From an uncultured delta proteobacterium (GTDB taxonomy: Bacteria; Desulfobacterota; Desulfobaccia; Desulfobaccales; 0-14-0-80-60-11), in NCBI GenBank assembly GCA_963812015.1, contig CAWETI010000003.1, positions 1,696,001-1,760,000 on the forward strand: a stretch of 64,000 nucleotides of DNA, written 5' to 3'. Each line of letters opens with the position of its first letter. Position 1 is the stretch's first letter. The notes beneath the pieces were generated by a model, which searched no databases, was not told the DNA's origin, and worked only from the letters and a program-made list of their open reading frames with translations. Of the stretch, positions 54,238-64,000 are shown piece by piece. The position numbers and the translations under genes are program-made.

Positions 54238-55113
54238 TCAAGACTGCCAGAGATAAGGCTGGAAGTTTAGGGAAGTTGGGCTCAGGGTGGCCAGGGCCCA
54301 GCCGCAGCCCCGGGGGCCCAGGCCAGGACGCCAGAACGCCGGGGTGCCCTGCACGGCCTGAGGAAGCGGCCAGGCGGTGGCAGGCAGAGATATGTGGTTT
54401 TGGGTTTTGGGTTTTCGGTTTTCAGCAAGACTTATGACCTCTGGCCTATGCATATGCCCGTGCATGCACAGCACCCGGGGAAATTGAGCCAGCAGGCGGA
54501 TCACCTCCGGGGCGTCCCCGGTCCATTGCTGCCAGGGATGAAAGAGGCGGGCCAGGGGGGCGTGGGATAGGATGACCAGGGGTGTGGCCGGGGTGAGTTT
54601 GGCCAGCTCCCGGGCCAGCCACTGGCGTTGGGGCACGCCGACCTCAAAGACCAGGCCCCGGGAAGTGCGACTCAAGGCTGGGTCCAAACCGATAACCTGA
54701 GCCCCCCGATACCCCCGGGAAAACCCCGGCACCCCGAAGCGCCGGACCCAGGCGGAGTCTCCGCCGGGGCCGTGATCCCCTTCCCCCCGCACCGCCCATA
54801 CCGGCCCGGGCAGGTTCGAGAGAATTTCCCGTCCCAAATCCAGGGCGTCGGGGCGGCCCCGATGGGCCAGGTCGCCGGCAAAGAGCACCAGGTCAGGCTG
54901 CGGCTCGAGCGTGCGGATTTCCGCCACCGCCCGGGCCATAGCGGTAGCCTCGGGGCGCTTCTCATTGCCGTCTTTAAGATGGGCGTCGGCCAGCAGCGCC
55001 AGGCGCAGCTCCGGGTCCGCGGCCCGGGCAGGCCAAGGCCAAGCAAGCCTCCCCAAGGCCCACCCTCCGGCCAGCCCCAGCCCCATCTGCTTGATAAATT
55101 CCCGCCGGTCCAT
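54238..55113 (-). CDS. Tat-exported calcineurin-like metallophosphoesterase
   Basis: MDRREFIK twin-arginine signal; DAH, GDL, GEGD, SHAP, HGHMH. Confidence 0.85.
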   Translation of the reverse strand: MDRREFIKQMGLGLAGGWALGRLAWPWPARAADPELRLALLADAHLKDGNEKRPEATAMARAVAEIRTLEPQPDLVLFAGDLAHRGRPDALDLGREILSNLPGPVWAVRGEGDHGPGGDSAWVRRFGVPGFSRGYRGAQVIGLDPALSRTSRGLVFEVGVPQRQWLARELAKLTPATPLVILSHAPLARLFHPWQQWTGDAPEVIRLLAQFPRVLCMHGHMHRPEVISLAENRKPKTQNHISLPATAWPLPQAVQGTPAFWRPGLGPRGCGWALATLSPTSLNFQPYLWQS

Positions 55114-55261
55114 TACCTGCCATTGTAGCAAAATTTCCCTGAAAATCGAGTCTGAAAACCCCGGCAGGGCCGGGCGGCGGCGGGAGCGCCCACAGCCTCC
55201 CGTCTCAGGAGGCGCAGTGCAGTGGAAGCCGGGCCAGGGAAGGTGAGGCAGAGGTTAAAAT

Positions 55262-55630
55262 GAAAAGAAGCCGGGGACCCAGGCGCCTCCTTGCCAGGAG
55301 GGGGATTCACCTGAAGTTCCCCGGCTTCCCGGGACCACGAAACCTTTTTCACTCCCCCTTGAAGGGAAGGCGTCGGCCCACAGGACCGAAACGTTTCGTA
55401 GCCATTCTCACTGCTTCGGCAGCGGAGCTGGCATCTATGGCCGCTTCCGGCAATCAGCGCCCCGCCGGCTTATCTCAAACTCTAGGTCAAAAGCCGACGT
55501 TTGCTCAGGGCCAAAGCAGGTTGCCATGTCATTCAGCCTGGCGGGTGACCCTACCCTTATCGGGTGCGGCCTGTGATGGCCGCCTCCCCGTAACCTTTTT
55601 ACCAGGTGCCCAGACTGGATGTCCTAGCGA
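55262..55630 (-). ncRNA. Candidate large structured ncRNA, about 365 nt (unassigned family)
   Basis: Promoter-like TTGTTT-N16-TATAAA just upstream; many hairpins with G.U pairs valid on the minus strand; terminal GAAGCCGGGGA/TCCCCGGCTTC stem followed by TTTT. Confidence 0.6.
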
Positions 55631-55811
55631 TCATATTTATAATTACCCATTTCGAAAAAACAAGGGGGAGGGGGTTTTTTTATAAAAATATTTTAGATAG
55701 GAAACCCAGGCTTTCCTGGAAAAGCAGATCAGGGCGAACACTGAGGTCCGCCCCGACAAAAACAGGTATTTTCATCAACCGAAACCCGAAAACTGGCAAC
55801 CAAAACCCGTC

Positions 55812-56393
55812 TTACAGCACCCCTTTGGTGGAGGGTACCCCGGTAGCCCTCGGTTCCGGCTGGGTGGCCACGTCCAGGGCCCGCCCCGCCGCCTTGAATA
55901 CCGCCTCCAGGATGTGGTGGGTGTTCTCCCCATAGGGCACGCTGATGTGGAGGGTCATGCCGCCGTGGATACTCACGGCCCGCCAGAACTCCTTGAGTAG
56001 TTGGGGGTCCAGCCCCGCGCCCCCCGGGGGCAGCTCCACCTCCAGGTGGAGGAAGGGCCGGTTGCTCAGGTCCACGGTCACCTGGGCCAGGGCCTCGTCC
56101 ATGGGCACCCGGGCCTCTCCATAACGGCGTACTCCCGGCCGCTGGGCCAGGGCCTCCCGAAAAGCCTGCCCCAGGCAGATGCCGATGTCTTCCACGGTGT
56201 GGTGCTGGTCTACCGCGAGATCCCCCGCGGCCTTGACGGTCAGGTCAAAATACCCGTGGGCCGTGAAGAGGTGGAGCATGTGATCGAGAAACGGGATGCC
56301 GGTGTCGATGGCAGCCCGGCCGGAGCCGTCCAGTTCCAATTCCAGATTGACTTCCGTTTCCCGGGTCCGGCGGTGGATTTTGCTTAAGGGCAT
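55812..56393 (-). CDS. hisB: Imidazoleglycerol-phosphate dehydratase
   Basis: RRTRET, FLDHML, DQHHTVED, PMDEAL, NTHHILEAVFKA, PSTKGVL. Confidence 0.97.
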   Translation of the reverse strand: MPLSKIHRRTRETEVNLELELDGSGRAAIDTGIPFLDHMLHLFTAHGYFDLTVKAAGDLAVDQHHTVEDIGICLGQAFREALAQRPGVRRYGEARVPMDEALAQVTVDLSNRPFLHLEVELPPGGAGLDPQLLKEFWRAVSIHGGMTLHISVPYGENTHHILEAVFKAAGRALDVATQPEPRATGVPSTKGVL

Positions 56394-56509
56394 GACTGGT
56401 GGTCTCCCAAGAGTTTGGACACTACTTCCGCGTTGCGCTCCAAAGGCAGGGTGGGCGGCGCCAACCCGATATTATGGCAAATCCAGATCGGGCAATGATA
56501 AGTACCTCG

Positions 56510-56782
56510 TCACTTCTGCCGCGGTTGCCAACAAGAGCCGGCGTCATCATAAATCATCACCCGCCCATTTTGTTCACAGGTCCACTGATTACCCACTCTT
56601 TTGACGTTGGTCGCTCCCACGGGCGCCAGGGGTGACAACTCGTCCGCCGTTCCCCTGGTACGCTGTGTAGTGGCTTCAACATCCGGGTTCTTGTAGGTCG
56701 AGGTCGAGGCACAGCCACTTCCCAATAAGACCAACAGCGATGCAGCCACAGCCATCCTGGCGAAATAATTTTTACCCTGCAT
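56510..56782 (-). CDS. Small hypothetical lipoprotein
   Basis: GGAGG RBS; lipobox LGSGC; two C-terminal Cys residues. Confidence 0.7.
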   Translation of the reverse strand: MQGKNYFARMAVAASLLVLLGSGCASTSTYKNPDVEATTQRTRGTADELSPLAPVGATNVKRVGNQWTCEQNGRVMIYDDAGSCWQPRQK

Positions 56783-57020
56783 CTGATCAACCTCCTGTCT
56801 TTGAGAAGTCTTTGAAATCACCGGGATAGCCCTCAGGTCCCGGGGTTATCATAAATCTTTTCGCCAACCTTGACAAATGTTTATGGTAATATACAAGAAG
56901 GAATTTCATGAGCTTCACTTCCGGCGGACCAGGCGGCCCACCACCTTTTTTTCCTATGAACGCAACGCTCCGCCCACCGAAGTGAGGGCCAAATCCGGCG
57001 CCAAGGAGTACTCACCCGAC

Positions 57021-57779
57021 GTGATCGACTCGGATAACCTCAAAACCACCCGGCAGCTCCGTCATTCCACCGGCATCTGGGCCTTGCTCCTCCTGGGGGC
57101 GGCGGCAGTCGCTTGGGGAGGGGCGTCCACCCCGGCCAGGGCGGCGGGGACACCCCAGGCTGCCATCGGCACAACCGCCTTTGATTTCGGGAAAATATAC
57201 GAAGACCGGGCACTTACCCACACCTTCGTGGTTAAGAACACCGGGACCGCGCCCCTGAATATTGAAGACGTGGACCCGGATTGCGCCTGCACCGTGCCCA
57301 GCTATGATAAAAGCATCCCTCCCGGCGGCCAGGGAGAAATCACCCTGACCATCAAACCTTTTTCGGTGATGCACCAGTTCAAGAAAGAGACCAAGGTCAG
57401 GCTCAATGACCCGGAGCGGCCGATGGTGTACCTCACTTTGACAGGGGTGGCCCAACCCTTCATCGAGATTCAACCCAGCCATATCGTGCGGCTGCGAGGT
57501 AGCCCCGGGGACGATATCCGGGGGGAGGTCCGCTTCATCTCGCATCTGCCCACACCCTTGAAGATTACCGGATTCCGCTCTACCATCCCGGATAAGATCG
57601 AGGTGACCCTCAAACCCGAAGTGCCGGACCGCGTCTATGTCCTGGAGGTACGCAACCAGTCCCGCCAAGCGGGCCCTTATGCCGGCATGATCGAGCTGTT
57701 CACCAACTCCGAGCAGCGGCCCCGCCTCATTGTGCGGGTCTTTGGGGATCTCTATTTGTCTTCGGCGGGCGGCCAATAA
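57021..57779 (+). CDS. DUF1573 (Ig-like) domain protein
   Basis: FDFGKI...HTFVVKNTG.APL.I..V.PDCACT...IPPG; start uncertain (the ORF is open from 56877). Confidence 0.8.
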   Translation: MIDSDNLKTTRQLRHSTGIWALLLLGAAAVAWGGASTPARAAGTPQAAIGTTAFDFGKIYEDRALTHTFVVKNTGTAPLNIEDVDPDCACTVPSYDKSIPPGGQGEITLTIKPFSVMHQFKKETKVRLNDPERPMVYLTLTGVAQPFIEIQPSHIVRLRGSPGDDIRGEVRFISHLPTPLKITGFRSTIPDKIEVTLKPEVPDRVYVLEVRNQSRQAGPYAGMIELFTNSEQRPRLIVRVFGDLYLSSAGGQ

Positions 57780-58342
57780 AGCAGAAGCTCATTGAGCAGG
57801 TCGACGGCGAAAGTCCGGGCCGCCTGGCGCAATAACAGTTCATTTTCCTTGGGGGCCGGCGGGCCGGGATTCACCGGCGAGCTCAGGCTGATCCGGTCCT
57901 GAAAGGCAAACAGGGTGTTACCCTGCCGGGTGATGGCCCCGGACACCACCAGGTTGGCGTCGAGCCTGCCTCGGATGAACCGGTAGAGCCCGCCCCGCAC
58001 TTCGACAAACTGGACCACGCCGGTCACGACGGTATCCCCCTGGGGAGAGGGCTTGAGGCCGTTGGCCTGCCAGGCCTGGGTCAGTTCCTGCAAAAAGAGG
58101 CTCTGGAAGGTCTCGGCCGGAACGCCCTGGGCGCTCTCCACCGGGAAGGGCGTCAGGGCATATGTCGCCTGGTCCGGGGTGAAGTCCGGGCCTCGATAAT
58201 AGGCGGTGAGATAACGGCCGGGCTGCAGCGTCACCCCCGGAGGGGTGGCCGGCGGCAGCCGGGGCACGCAGCCCCAAAGGCAAGCCAGACACAGCGCCAC
58301 AATCAGGCCCAAGGAGGTGCACTTTCTCATCCTCATGGTCAT
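57752..58342 (-). CDS. Hypothetical lipoprotein
   Basis: Lipobox LWGC after a hydrophobic stretch; genome-like codon usage; start uncertain. Confidence 0.7.
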   Translation of the reverse strand: MTMRMRKCTSLGLIVALCLACLWGCVPRLPPATPPGVTLQPGRYLTAYYRGPDFTPDQATYALTPFPVESAQGVPAETFQSLFLQELTQAWQANGLKPSPQGDTVVTGVVQFVEVRGGLYRFIRGRLDANLVVSGAITRQGNTLFAFQDRISLSSPVNPGPPAPKENELLLRQAARTFAVDLLNELLLYWPPAEDK

Positions 58343-58706
58343 CTGATTACCATAAACCGTCAGCCTCTGCCAAACCATTTAACCGTGCAACGAGAGAAAA
58401 AGAGGCCTTATGGCAACCGCAGACAAGGATACGCTATCGGTAATCAAGGCGGGCGCAGGGGGCTCAGGCGATTTTCTCGCTTCGGTCTATTCCAGGCCGG
58501 CCATCCGGGCTTGTCTCTTGCCGGCCGCCCCGGAGACGCGGCGCAGGGGTTTGACAACCGGAGGTATATATCCTACATATTCTTTTTATGCCGAGCCTTC
58601 TCCTTGCCGGGACACGAGACCCGGGCCCCCGGGGGGAGAGACGACATATCCTTGGATTCCGAACCCTTAGGGAGCGCATGTCAGAACTTGCAGAGCGGCT
58701 GGACGC

Positions 58707-59699
58707 ATGGTAACCTTTCGTAAAATCGTCCAGTGGGCCGCCAGCCTGCTGGCCCTCTTGGTTGCCGGCAGCCTGGGCTTCATGTGGCTGGAAGGGTGGG
58801 ATTTTTTTGACTCCCTTTATATGACGGTGACCACCCTCACCACCGTTGGGTACGGCGAGGTCCATCCCCTGGACCGACTGGGGCGGAGTTACAACATGTT
58901 GCTGATCCTCACCGGCATGGGGGTCATGCTCTACATTGTGGGCTCCCTGGCCCGGGTGGTGATTGAAGGGGAGCTCCAGTCGGTTTTAGGGAAACGAAAA
59001 TTGATCAAGCACATCAAGAGGCTGAAAAATCATTACATCATCTGCGGCTTCGGGCGCATCGGCGAAATTATCGCCCGGCAGCTCAAGAGCCGCGGGCTGT
59101 CTTTAGTGGTTATCGATAAAGACCCGGACCAGATCGCCCGCCTGGAGGCATTGGGTTATTCCTGCATATTCGGCGACGCCACCCGGGATGAAGTCCTGCT
59201 GGAGGCCGGGATCGAGCGGGCCAAGGGACTGATATCGGTAGTTTCTTCGGACGCCTCCAACGTTTACGTCGTGCTGACGGCCCGCAGCCTCAACCCCAAT
59301 CTCTTCATCGTGGCCCGGGGGGAGGAATTGGGTTCGGAACAAAAGCTCCTCCGGGCCGGGGCCGACAAGGTGGAGTCGCCCTATCACATGGGCGGGCAGA
59401 AAATGGCCCATACCATCCTCCATCCCACGGTGGTGACCTTCATGGAACTGGCCATGAAGGAGGGAATAGACTGGAGCATGGAAGAGATCGCGGTGGGCCA
59501 GACCTCATCCCTCTTAGGGGTGCCGCTGGCGGACTCGGGGATCCGCCAGAAGCTGGACCTCATTTTGGTGGCGATTAAAAGGTCCGACGGCGAGATGCTT
59601 TTCAACCCCAGCCACGAGACCCCGATCCTGGCCGGTGATACCCTCATCGCCCTGGGTCTGCGGAAGAATCTGGATGCCCTGGAGGCGATGGTGCAGTGA
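58707..59699 (+). CDS. Potassium channel protein (2TM pore plus TrkA-N/TrkA-C RCK domains)
   Basis: TLTTVGYG selectivity filter; ICGFGRIG, GDAT, AGAD; TrkA-C AGDTLI. Confidence 0.95.
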   Translation: MVTFRKIVQWAASLLALLVAGSLGFMWLEGWDFFDSLYMTVTTLTTVGYGEVHPLDRLGRSYNMLLILTGMGVMLYIVGSLARVVIEGELQSVLGKRKLIKHIKRLKNHYIICGFGRIGEIIARQLKSRGLSLVVIDKDPDQIARLEALGYSCIFGDATRDEVLLEAGIERAKGLISVVSSDASNVYVVLTARSLNPNLFIVARGEELGSEQKLLRAGADKVESPYHMGGQKMAHTILHPTVVTFMELAMKEGIDWSMEEIAVGQTSSLLGVPLADSGIRQKLDLILVAIKRSDGEMLFNPSHETPILAGDTLIALGLRKNLDALEAMVQ

Positions 59700-59833
59700 G
59701 GAGTAGTTCGGGGGCCAGGGGGCTGGGGGCTGGTCGATTACCCGGCTAAACGTTAGAAGATGATCTATGATACGCTGGTGTATCGGCAAGGCGCCGGTGC
59801 AACCCGATCATGATCCCGCAGGAGGAGGGCGCC

Positions 59834-60550
59834 ATGTCCCAAGCAAAAATCGGCCGGGGAGTACAAATCACCTTCCTGGGCCACTCGGCCTTCAAATTAA
59901 CCGGGGCCGGGGTTTCGGTGCTCATCGATCCCTGGCTCAGCAACCCGTTGTTCAACACCCCGGTGGATAAAGTGGGACCGGTGGACCTTATCCTGGTGAC
60001 CCACGGCCACGGCGACCACGTGGGGGAAACCGTGGCCGTGGCCCAGAAAACCGGCGCCCCGGTGGTGGCCATCCACGAGCTCTCGGTGATCCTGGCCCGC
60101 CAGGGGGCGCCCCAGACCATCGGCATGAACAAGGGCGGCACCCTGGCCATCGCCGGGTGCAAGGTCACCATGACCCACGCGGTGCATTCCTCTGCGGTGG
60201 ATGAGGGCGGCCATCTCATTGCCGCGGGCGATGCCGGCGGTTTCGTGGTGGAGTTCCCCAACGGCTTCGTAGCCTACCATGCCGGCGACACCGCAGTTTT
60301 CAAGGACATGGAGCTCATCCGGGAGCTCTACCATCCGGAGCTGGCCATGTTGCCCATCGGCAGCCATTACGTCATGAGCCCGGCCGAGGCGGCCCTGGCC
60401 TGCCGGATGCTGAAACCCCGCTGGGTGATCCCCATGCATTACGGCACCTTTCCGGCGCTCACCGGCACGGCTAAGGAATTCATCGAACGCCTCAAAGGGG
60501 AGCCGGAGATCACGGTTATTCCCTTGAAGCCGGGAGAGACGGTGGAGTAG
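59834..60550 (+). CDS. Metallo-beta-lactamase-fold metal-dependent hydrolase (UPF0173-like)
   Basis: FLGHSAF, IDPW, THGHGDH, YHAGDT, LPIG, PMHYGTF. Confidence 0.92.
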   Translation: MSQAKIGRGVQITFLGHSAFKLTGAGVSVLIDPWLSNPLFNTPVDKVGPVDLILVTHGHGDHVGETVAVAQKTGAPVVAIHELSVILARQGAPQTIGMNKGGTLAIAGCKVTMTHAVHSSAVDEGGHLIAAGDAGGFVVEFPNGFVAYHAGDTAVFKDMELIRELYHPELAMLPIGSHYVMSPAEAALACRMLKPRWVIPMHYGTFPALTGTAKEFIERLKGEPEITVIPLKPGETVE

Positions 60551-60712
60551 TGCGTAGATATCCACGATAAAACCGGCATACACCCAAGGACTATCAGGGA
60601 ACTCCTTAAGGCCCGGAGGCTCAAGCGCAAGAAGCAGTGCAAGAGATGGTATGTCCCGGAGAAGAACCTCCAGGCCTTTTTTGATGAGGATACTCAAGAG
60701 AAGGAGGGGTGA
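60551..60712 (+). pseudogene. 5'-truncated excisionase-like HTH (HTH_17-type) gene remnant
   Basis: Startless frame CVDIHDKTGIHPRTIRELLKARRLKRKKQCKRWYVPEKNLQAFFDEDTQEKEG*. Confidence 0.6.
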
Positions 60713-60713
60713 C

Positions 60714-61022
60714 ATGCAGCCAGGGACCATTGATATCTGGTTTTGGGGGATATTGAGGGTTATCGCAAAATATTTAGGGGCATTAACTATTACTTATTTT
60801 TTGACTCGATGGCAAATCAGGTATTTTGGGAAGAAACACACTCCTAAGGCTGCGGCTGTTTCCGCATTTATTTGGATAAGCCTGCTATCATTGACTATTT
60901 CTTCTTGTATGCTCGGTTATGTTCATAATTCCCTCGCACAAGGCTTCCTCATAAGTTTTTTTACCTATATGCCTTGCCTTGTCTTATGGCTTGTAAGGGA
61001 CATTATCAGGGCAAGGAAATAG
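60714..61022 (+). CDS. AT-rich small membrane protein
   Basis: AGGAGG RBS; three hydrophobic segments. Confidence 0.65.
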   Translation: MQPGTIDIWFWGILRVIAKYLGALTITYFLTRWQIRYFGKKHTPKAAAVSAFIWISLLSLTISSCMLGYVHNSLAQGFLISFFTYMPCLVLWLVRDIIRARK

Positions 61023-61113
61023 AGATGGGGGAGATGGTTGATAGGGCTGACAGAGAGGAATTTGAAAAAGAACCTATTGAACCCCCTAAGAAAAAAGGAT
61101 AGGGAGAAAAATT

Positions 61114-61359
61114 ATGAAACTTTCAGCTATCTTGCTCAATATAGCTCTCATCGTAACCTTTTGTTTCATGACGGCCAAATTTGGCTTGCCAAAAATAGAC
61201 GAAAGAGAATTTTTGCTATTCCTCCTTATATTTGTAACACCATTGATTAACTTACTTTACATTTTCTTCTCGAAAGGAGAATCCTGGCTTGCTCTTTATT
61301 TCAAAAGAAAAGCTATGGAGGAAAAAAGGAAAATTGAGAAGCTCTCAAGCATTGAGTAA
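61114..61359 (+). CDS. AT-rich small membrane protein
   Basis: GGAG RBS; two TMs, then ESWLALYFKRKAMEEKRKIEKL. Confidence 0.72.
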   Translation: MKLSAILLNIALIVTFCFMTAKFGLPKIDEREFLLFLLIFVTPLINLLYIFFSKGESWLALYFKRKAMEEKRKIEKLSSIE

Positions 61360-61506
61360 ACATAGTAAACCATGTTTATATGATAAACCGCTCATTGTAT
61401 GTCCATAAAGGGGTCATTACAGATATGAAGATATGGAGAGATTGATTAATAGAAATATTGAGGTATAATTGATAAGTGATATATGGTTTTATGAGAAATT
61501 CCCTCA

Positions 61507-61917
61507 ATGGTTACGATGGTTACTGGTGCTTCCTTCTGCATTTTAGGTGATTTATTAGCCCAAGAGTTTGGAATTATAATTATATTTTTTAGTGGCGATT
61601 ATTTTCCTGGTTCATTTGCTAACCCATTAATTTGGCATACATTTGCCCCTCTTGCATTTGCTTTTGTTGGATATGAAATAGCCCCAAAGTTTAAATATCA
61701 AGTTCTTATGGTTCTCTGTGTTTTTAAAATAATTATTAATGGAGCTAATGCTTTCCGTCTAATAAATTATATTGTTACAGGAGGGAGGTATACAGACATA
61801 GTTCCAATTACCAATGCAACGACAGGATGGGTTATTTGGTCAAATATTTTCGGTATCTTGTTATTAATTTTGTTGTTAGTGAGAATGAAATCCCAGATCA
61901 AGAAAAACATGAGTTAA
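61507..61917 (+). CDS. AT-rich membrane protein (5' end uncertain, possibly degraded)
   Basis: Multiple hydrophobic segments, G..IAP motif; no clear RBS. Confidence 0.55.
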   Translation: MVTMVTGASFCILGDLLAQEFGIIIIFFSGDYFPGSFANPLIWHTFAPLAFAFVGYEIAPKFKYQVLMVLCVFKIIINGANAFRLINYIVTGGRYTDIVPITNATTGWVIWSNIFGILLLILLLVRMKSQIKKNMS

Positions 61918-61978
61918 AACCCATTTTGTGGAGATGAGAGCCAAGGGCCTCTCCCTAACTATTCTCTTTTGACTTTTT

Positions 61979-63697
61979 ATGGGAAATAAAATGCGCCGCA
62001 AGAAGCGCTGGCAGCTCTATCCGGATCAGCCGGAGTTGGTGGCCGCGGTCATGGCCCGTCATGGGCTGCCCCGGTTGGTGGCCCGTATCCTCTTGAACCG
62101 GGGCCTTTCCTCCGCCGACGATATCCTGGCTTTTCTGGACCCCTCTCTGGAGCGCCTCAATCCCCCCTTCGGCCTTACGGACCTGGAATTTGCGGCAGCC
62201 CGCCTGGGCCGGGCGGTGTGCCAGGGGGAGCCGGTGGCCGTTTATGGCGATTACGACGCCGACGGCCTTACCGCCACCGCGGTGCTCCATCAGTTCTTCC
62301 GGGAGTTGGGCCTAGACTGTTTTCCCCACATCCCCGACCGGCTGACCCAGGGATACGGCCTGAAGCTCGAGGTTATGCAGGAGCTGGCGGCTCAAGCCAA
62401 GCTCATGGTCACGGTGGACTGCGGCATTAGTGACGCCCCCATGGTTGACTGGGCCCGGCAGCAGGGGTTGGAGGTGATCATCACCGATCACCATGAGATT
62501 CCCCCGGAACTGCCCGGGGCCCTGGCCGTGGTCAACCCCAAGCGCCAGGGCCACGGCTCCCCCTTTGCCGATCTGGCCGGGGTGGGGGTGGCCCTGCTTT
62601 TGGCCCTGGGGGTGCGCGCGGAGCTTAGGGCCGCGGGGTGGTTCAGCCAGCGCCGGGAGCCCAATCTTAAATCATACCTGGACCTGGTGGCCCTGGGCAC
62701 CGCCGCGGACGTGGTGCCGCTGGTGGGGGAAAACCGTATCCTGGTGAGCCAGGGGCTCAAGGTCCTGGAAGATAGCCGCCGCCCGGGGATCATCGCCCTG
62801 AAGGAAGTCGTCCAACTGGAAGGCAAGCCCATCTCATATCAGAACGTGGTCTTCCAACTGGCGCCCCGCCTCAATGCCGCCGGCCGCATGGGCCAGGCCC
62901 GCTGCGCCCTGGAACTACTCCTGAGCGACGACCTCGCCCAGGCCCGGATTCAGGCCAGATACCTCCACAATCTCAATCGGCAGCGTCAGGCCATCGAAGA
63001 AGGCGTCCTGAAACAGGCCCGGTCCATGATTCGCAGGGGGGGCCTGGCGAAGCGGCCTGTGCTAGTTCTGGCCGGAGAGGGTTGGCACCCCGGGGTGCTG
63101 GGCATCGTCGCGGCCCGCCTGGCGGAAGAGTATCACCGGCCAGCGGCCCTGGTCAGCCTCAGAAACGGCCGGGGCCGGGGCTCGGCCCGGTCCATCGAAG
63201 GCTTCCACCTGTTTAAGGGCCTGCACGCCTGTCGCCAGGCGCTCCTCAAATACGGGGGGCATGAGTTTGCCGCGGGCTTCGAGGTGGCCCCGGACAATCT
63301 CGAGGCCTTACAAGATCTCCTGGAGCAGGCGTTTCATGAACAGGTGGGCGCAAACCCCCTCCAGCCCACCCTCAAAGTGGACGCCCAGGCAGACCTGAGC
63401 GACCTCAATCCCGCCTTTTACCAGCATCTGGACTCCCTGCGGCCTTTCGGCCCCGGCAACCCGGCGCCGGTGATTGCCTGCCTGGAAGTGGAATGCCTGG
63501 GCTCCCGGGTGCTGAAAGACCGGCATCTGAAGGTGCAATTGGCCCAGGACGGCAACGTCCTGGAGGCCATCGCCTTTGATATGGCTGCGGCCCACCCCCT
63601 GGCCGGCCCCCTGGAAGTGGCCCTGAGCACCAGATTGTCGCATTACCAAGGCCGGACCCTCCCGGACCACCGACTACTGGACTGGGGCAAACCCTGA
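61979..63697 (+). CDS. recJ: Single-stranded DNA-specific exonuclease RecJ
   Basis: YGDYDADG, TVDCG, TDHH, PRLNAAGR, GSARS, GGH, PFGPGNP. Confidence 0.98.
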   Translation: MGNKMRRKKRWQLYPDQPELVAAVMARHGLPRLVARILLNRGLSSADDILAFLDPSLERLNPPFGLTDLEFAAARLGRAVCQGEPVAVYGDYDADGLTATAVLHQFFRELGLDCFPHIPDRLTQGYGLKLEVMQELAAQAKLMVTVDCGISDAPMVDWARQQGLEVIITDHHEIPPELPGALAVVNPKRQGHGSPFADLAGVGVALLLALGVRAELRAAGWFSQRREPNLKSYLDLVALGTAADVVPLVGENRILVSQGLKVLEDSRRPGIIALKEVVQLEGKPISYQNVVFQLAPRLNAAGRMGQARCALELLLSDDLAQARIQARYLHNLNRQRQAIEEGVLKQARSMIRRGGLAKRPVLVLAGEGWHPGVLGIVAARLAEEYHRPAALVSLRNGRGRGSARSIEGFHLFKGLHACRQALLKYGGHEFAAGFEVAPDNLEALQDLLEQAFHEQVGANPLQPTLKVDAQADLSDLNPAFYQHLDSLRPFGPGNPAPVIACLEVECLGSRVLKDRHLKVQLAQDGNVLEAIAFDMAAAHPLAGPLEVALSTRLSHYQGRTLPDHRLLDWGKP

Positions 63698-63755
63698 CCA
63701 GGGCCGGACCCTCCCCTTCCCTCTCATACCAGTTTTTTATGAAAAACGACGAACG

Positions 63756-63812
63756 GTAGGGACGGACCCGTGTGTCCGCCTGCCTTAAGGGCACGCATGG
63801 GTGCGCCCTGAC
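63756..63812. repeat. REP doublet (REPIN-like)
   Basis: GTAGGGACGGACCCGTGTGTCCGCCT ... AGGGCACGCATGGGTGCGCCCTGAC in inverted arrangement. Confidence 0.65.
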
Positions 63813-63938
63813 AAGACAACAGTATCAATTCTTTAGTAGGAAGACTTGGATATCTGTCCTTCTACCATGCCGGCCGACAGTGCAGGGCCTTAAACCGATA
63901 CCGGGATGTCGAGGCCAGCAAGGGGCCGCGACCCCCAA

Positions 63939-64000
63939 TTACAGCGGCTTGTCGGACTTCATGTCCGACAGCAGGCGCCGGGCTTCCTGCTTGTCCTCTT
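63939..64000 (-). CDS. 3' end of a gene that starts outside the window
   Basis: ...EDKQEARRLLSDMKSDKPL* with genome-like codon usage. Confidence 0.45.
   Translation of the reverse strand, partial: EDKQEARRLLSDMKSDKPL

Noticed and set aside
58380..58706. c-di-AMP (ydaO) riboswitch before the K+ channel
   Set aside because: Consensus not seen; only a TTGACA promoter-like element near 58551.

Overview
A GC-rich chromosomal window from an anaerobic Gram-negative bacterium, most likely Desulfobacterota/deltaproteobacterial (inferred from the ahb alternative heme pathway genes, waaA and long-form hflX). The backbone is housekeeping: mgtA (partial), alpha-2-macroglobulin plus pbpC, hemB-ahbD-ahbA and a distant ahbC, a DEAD/DEAH-DUF1998-exonuclease fusion, rlmI-like, waaA, carA, carB, purF, a ChlI/ChlD-type chelatase, a 5'-nucleotidase, a ClpX-like ATPase, hflX, hisB, a K+ channel and recJ. 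I found no rRNA, tRNA, CRISPR array, transposase or integrase. Five things stand out. (1) A strong dif-like Xer site at 25301-25328. (2) Two uncharacterised, highly structured ncRNA candidates, each with its own promoter-like sequence (36412-36609 on +, about 55262-55630 on -). (3) Five AT-rich insertions between core genes (four single genes and one three-gene islet). One is bounded by 22-bp inverted repeats and others are bordered by GTAG-type REP palindromes, suggesting a dispersed, non-autonomous gene-cassette system. (4) Unannotated remnants of a HEPN gene and an excisionase-like HTH gene. (5) A possible ~35-kb inversion that split the ahbC-hemB-ahbD-ahbA operon. All calls come from motif recognition by eye; no database searches were run.
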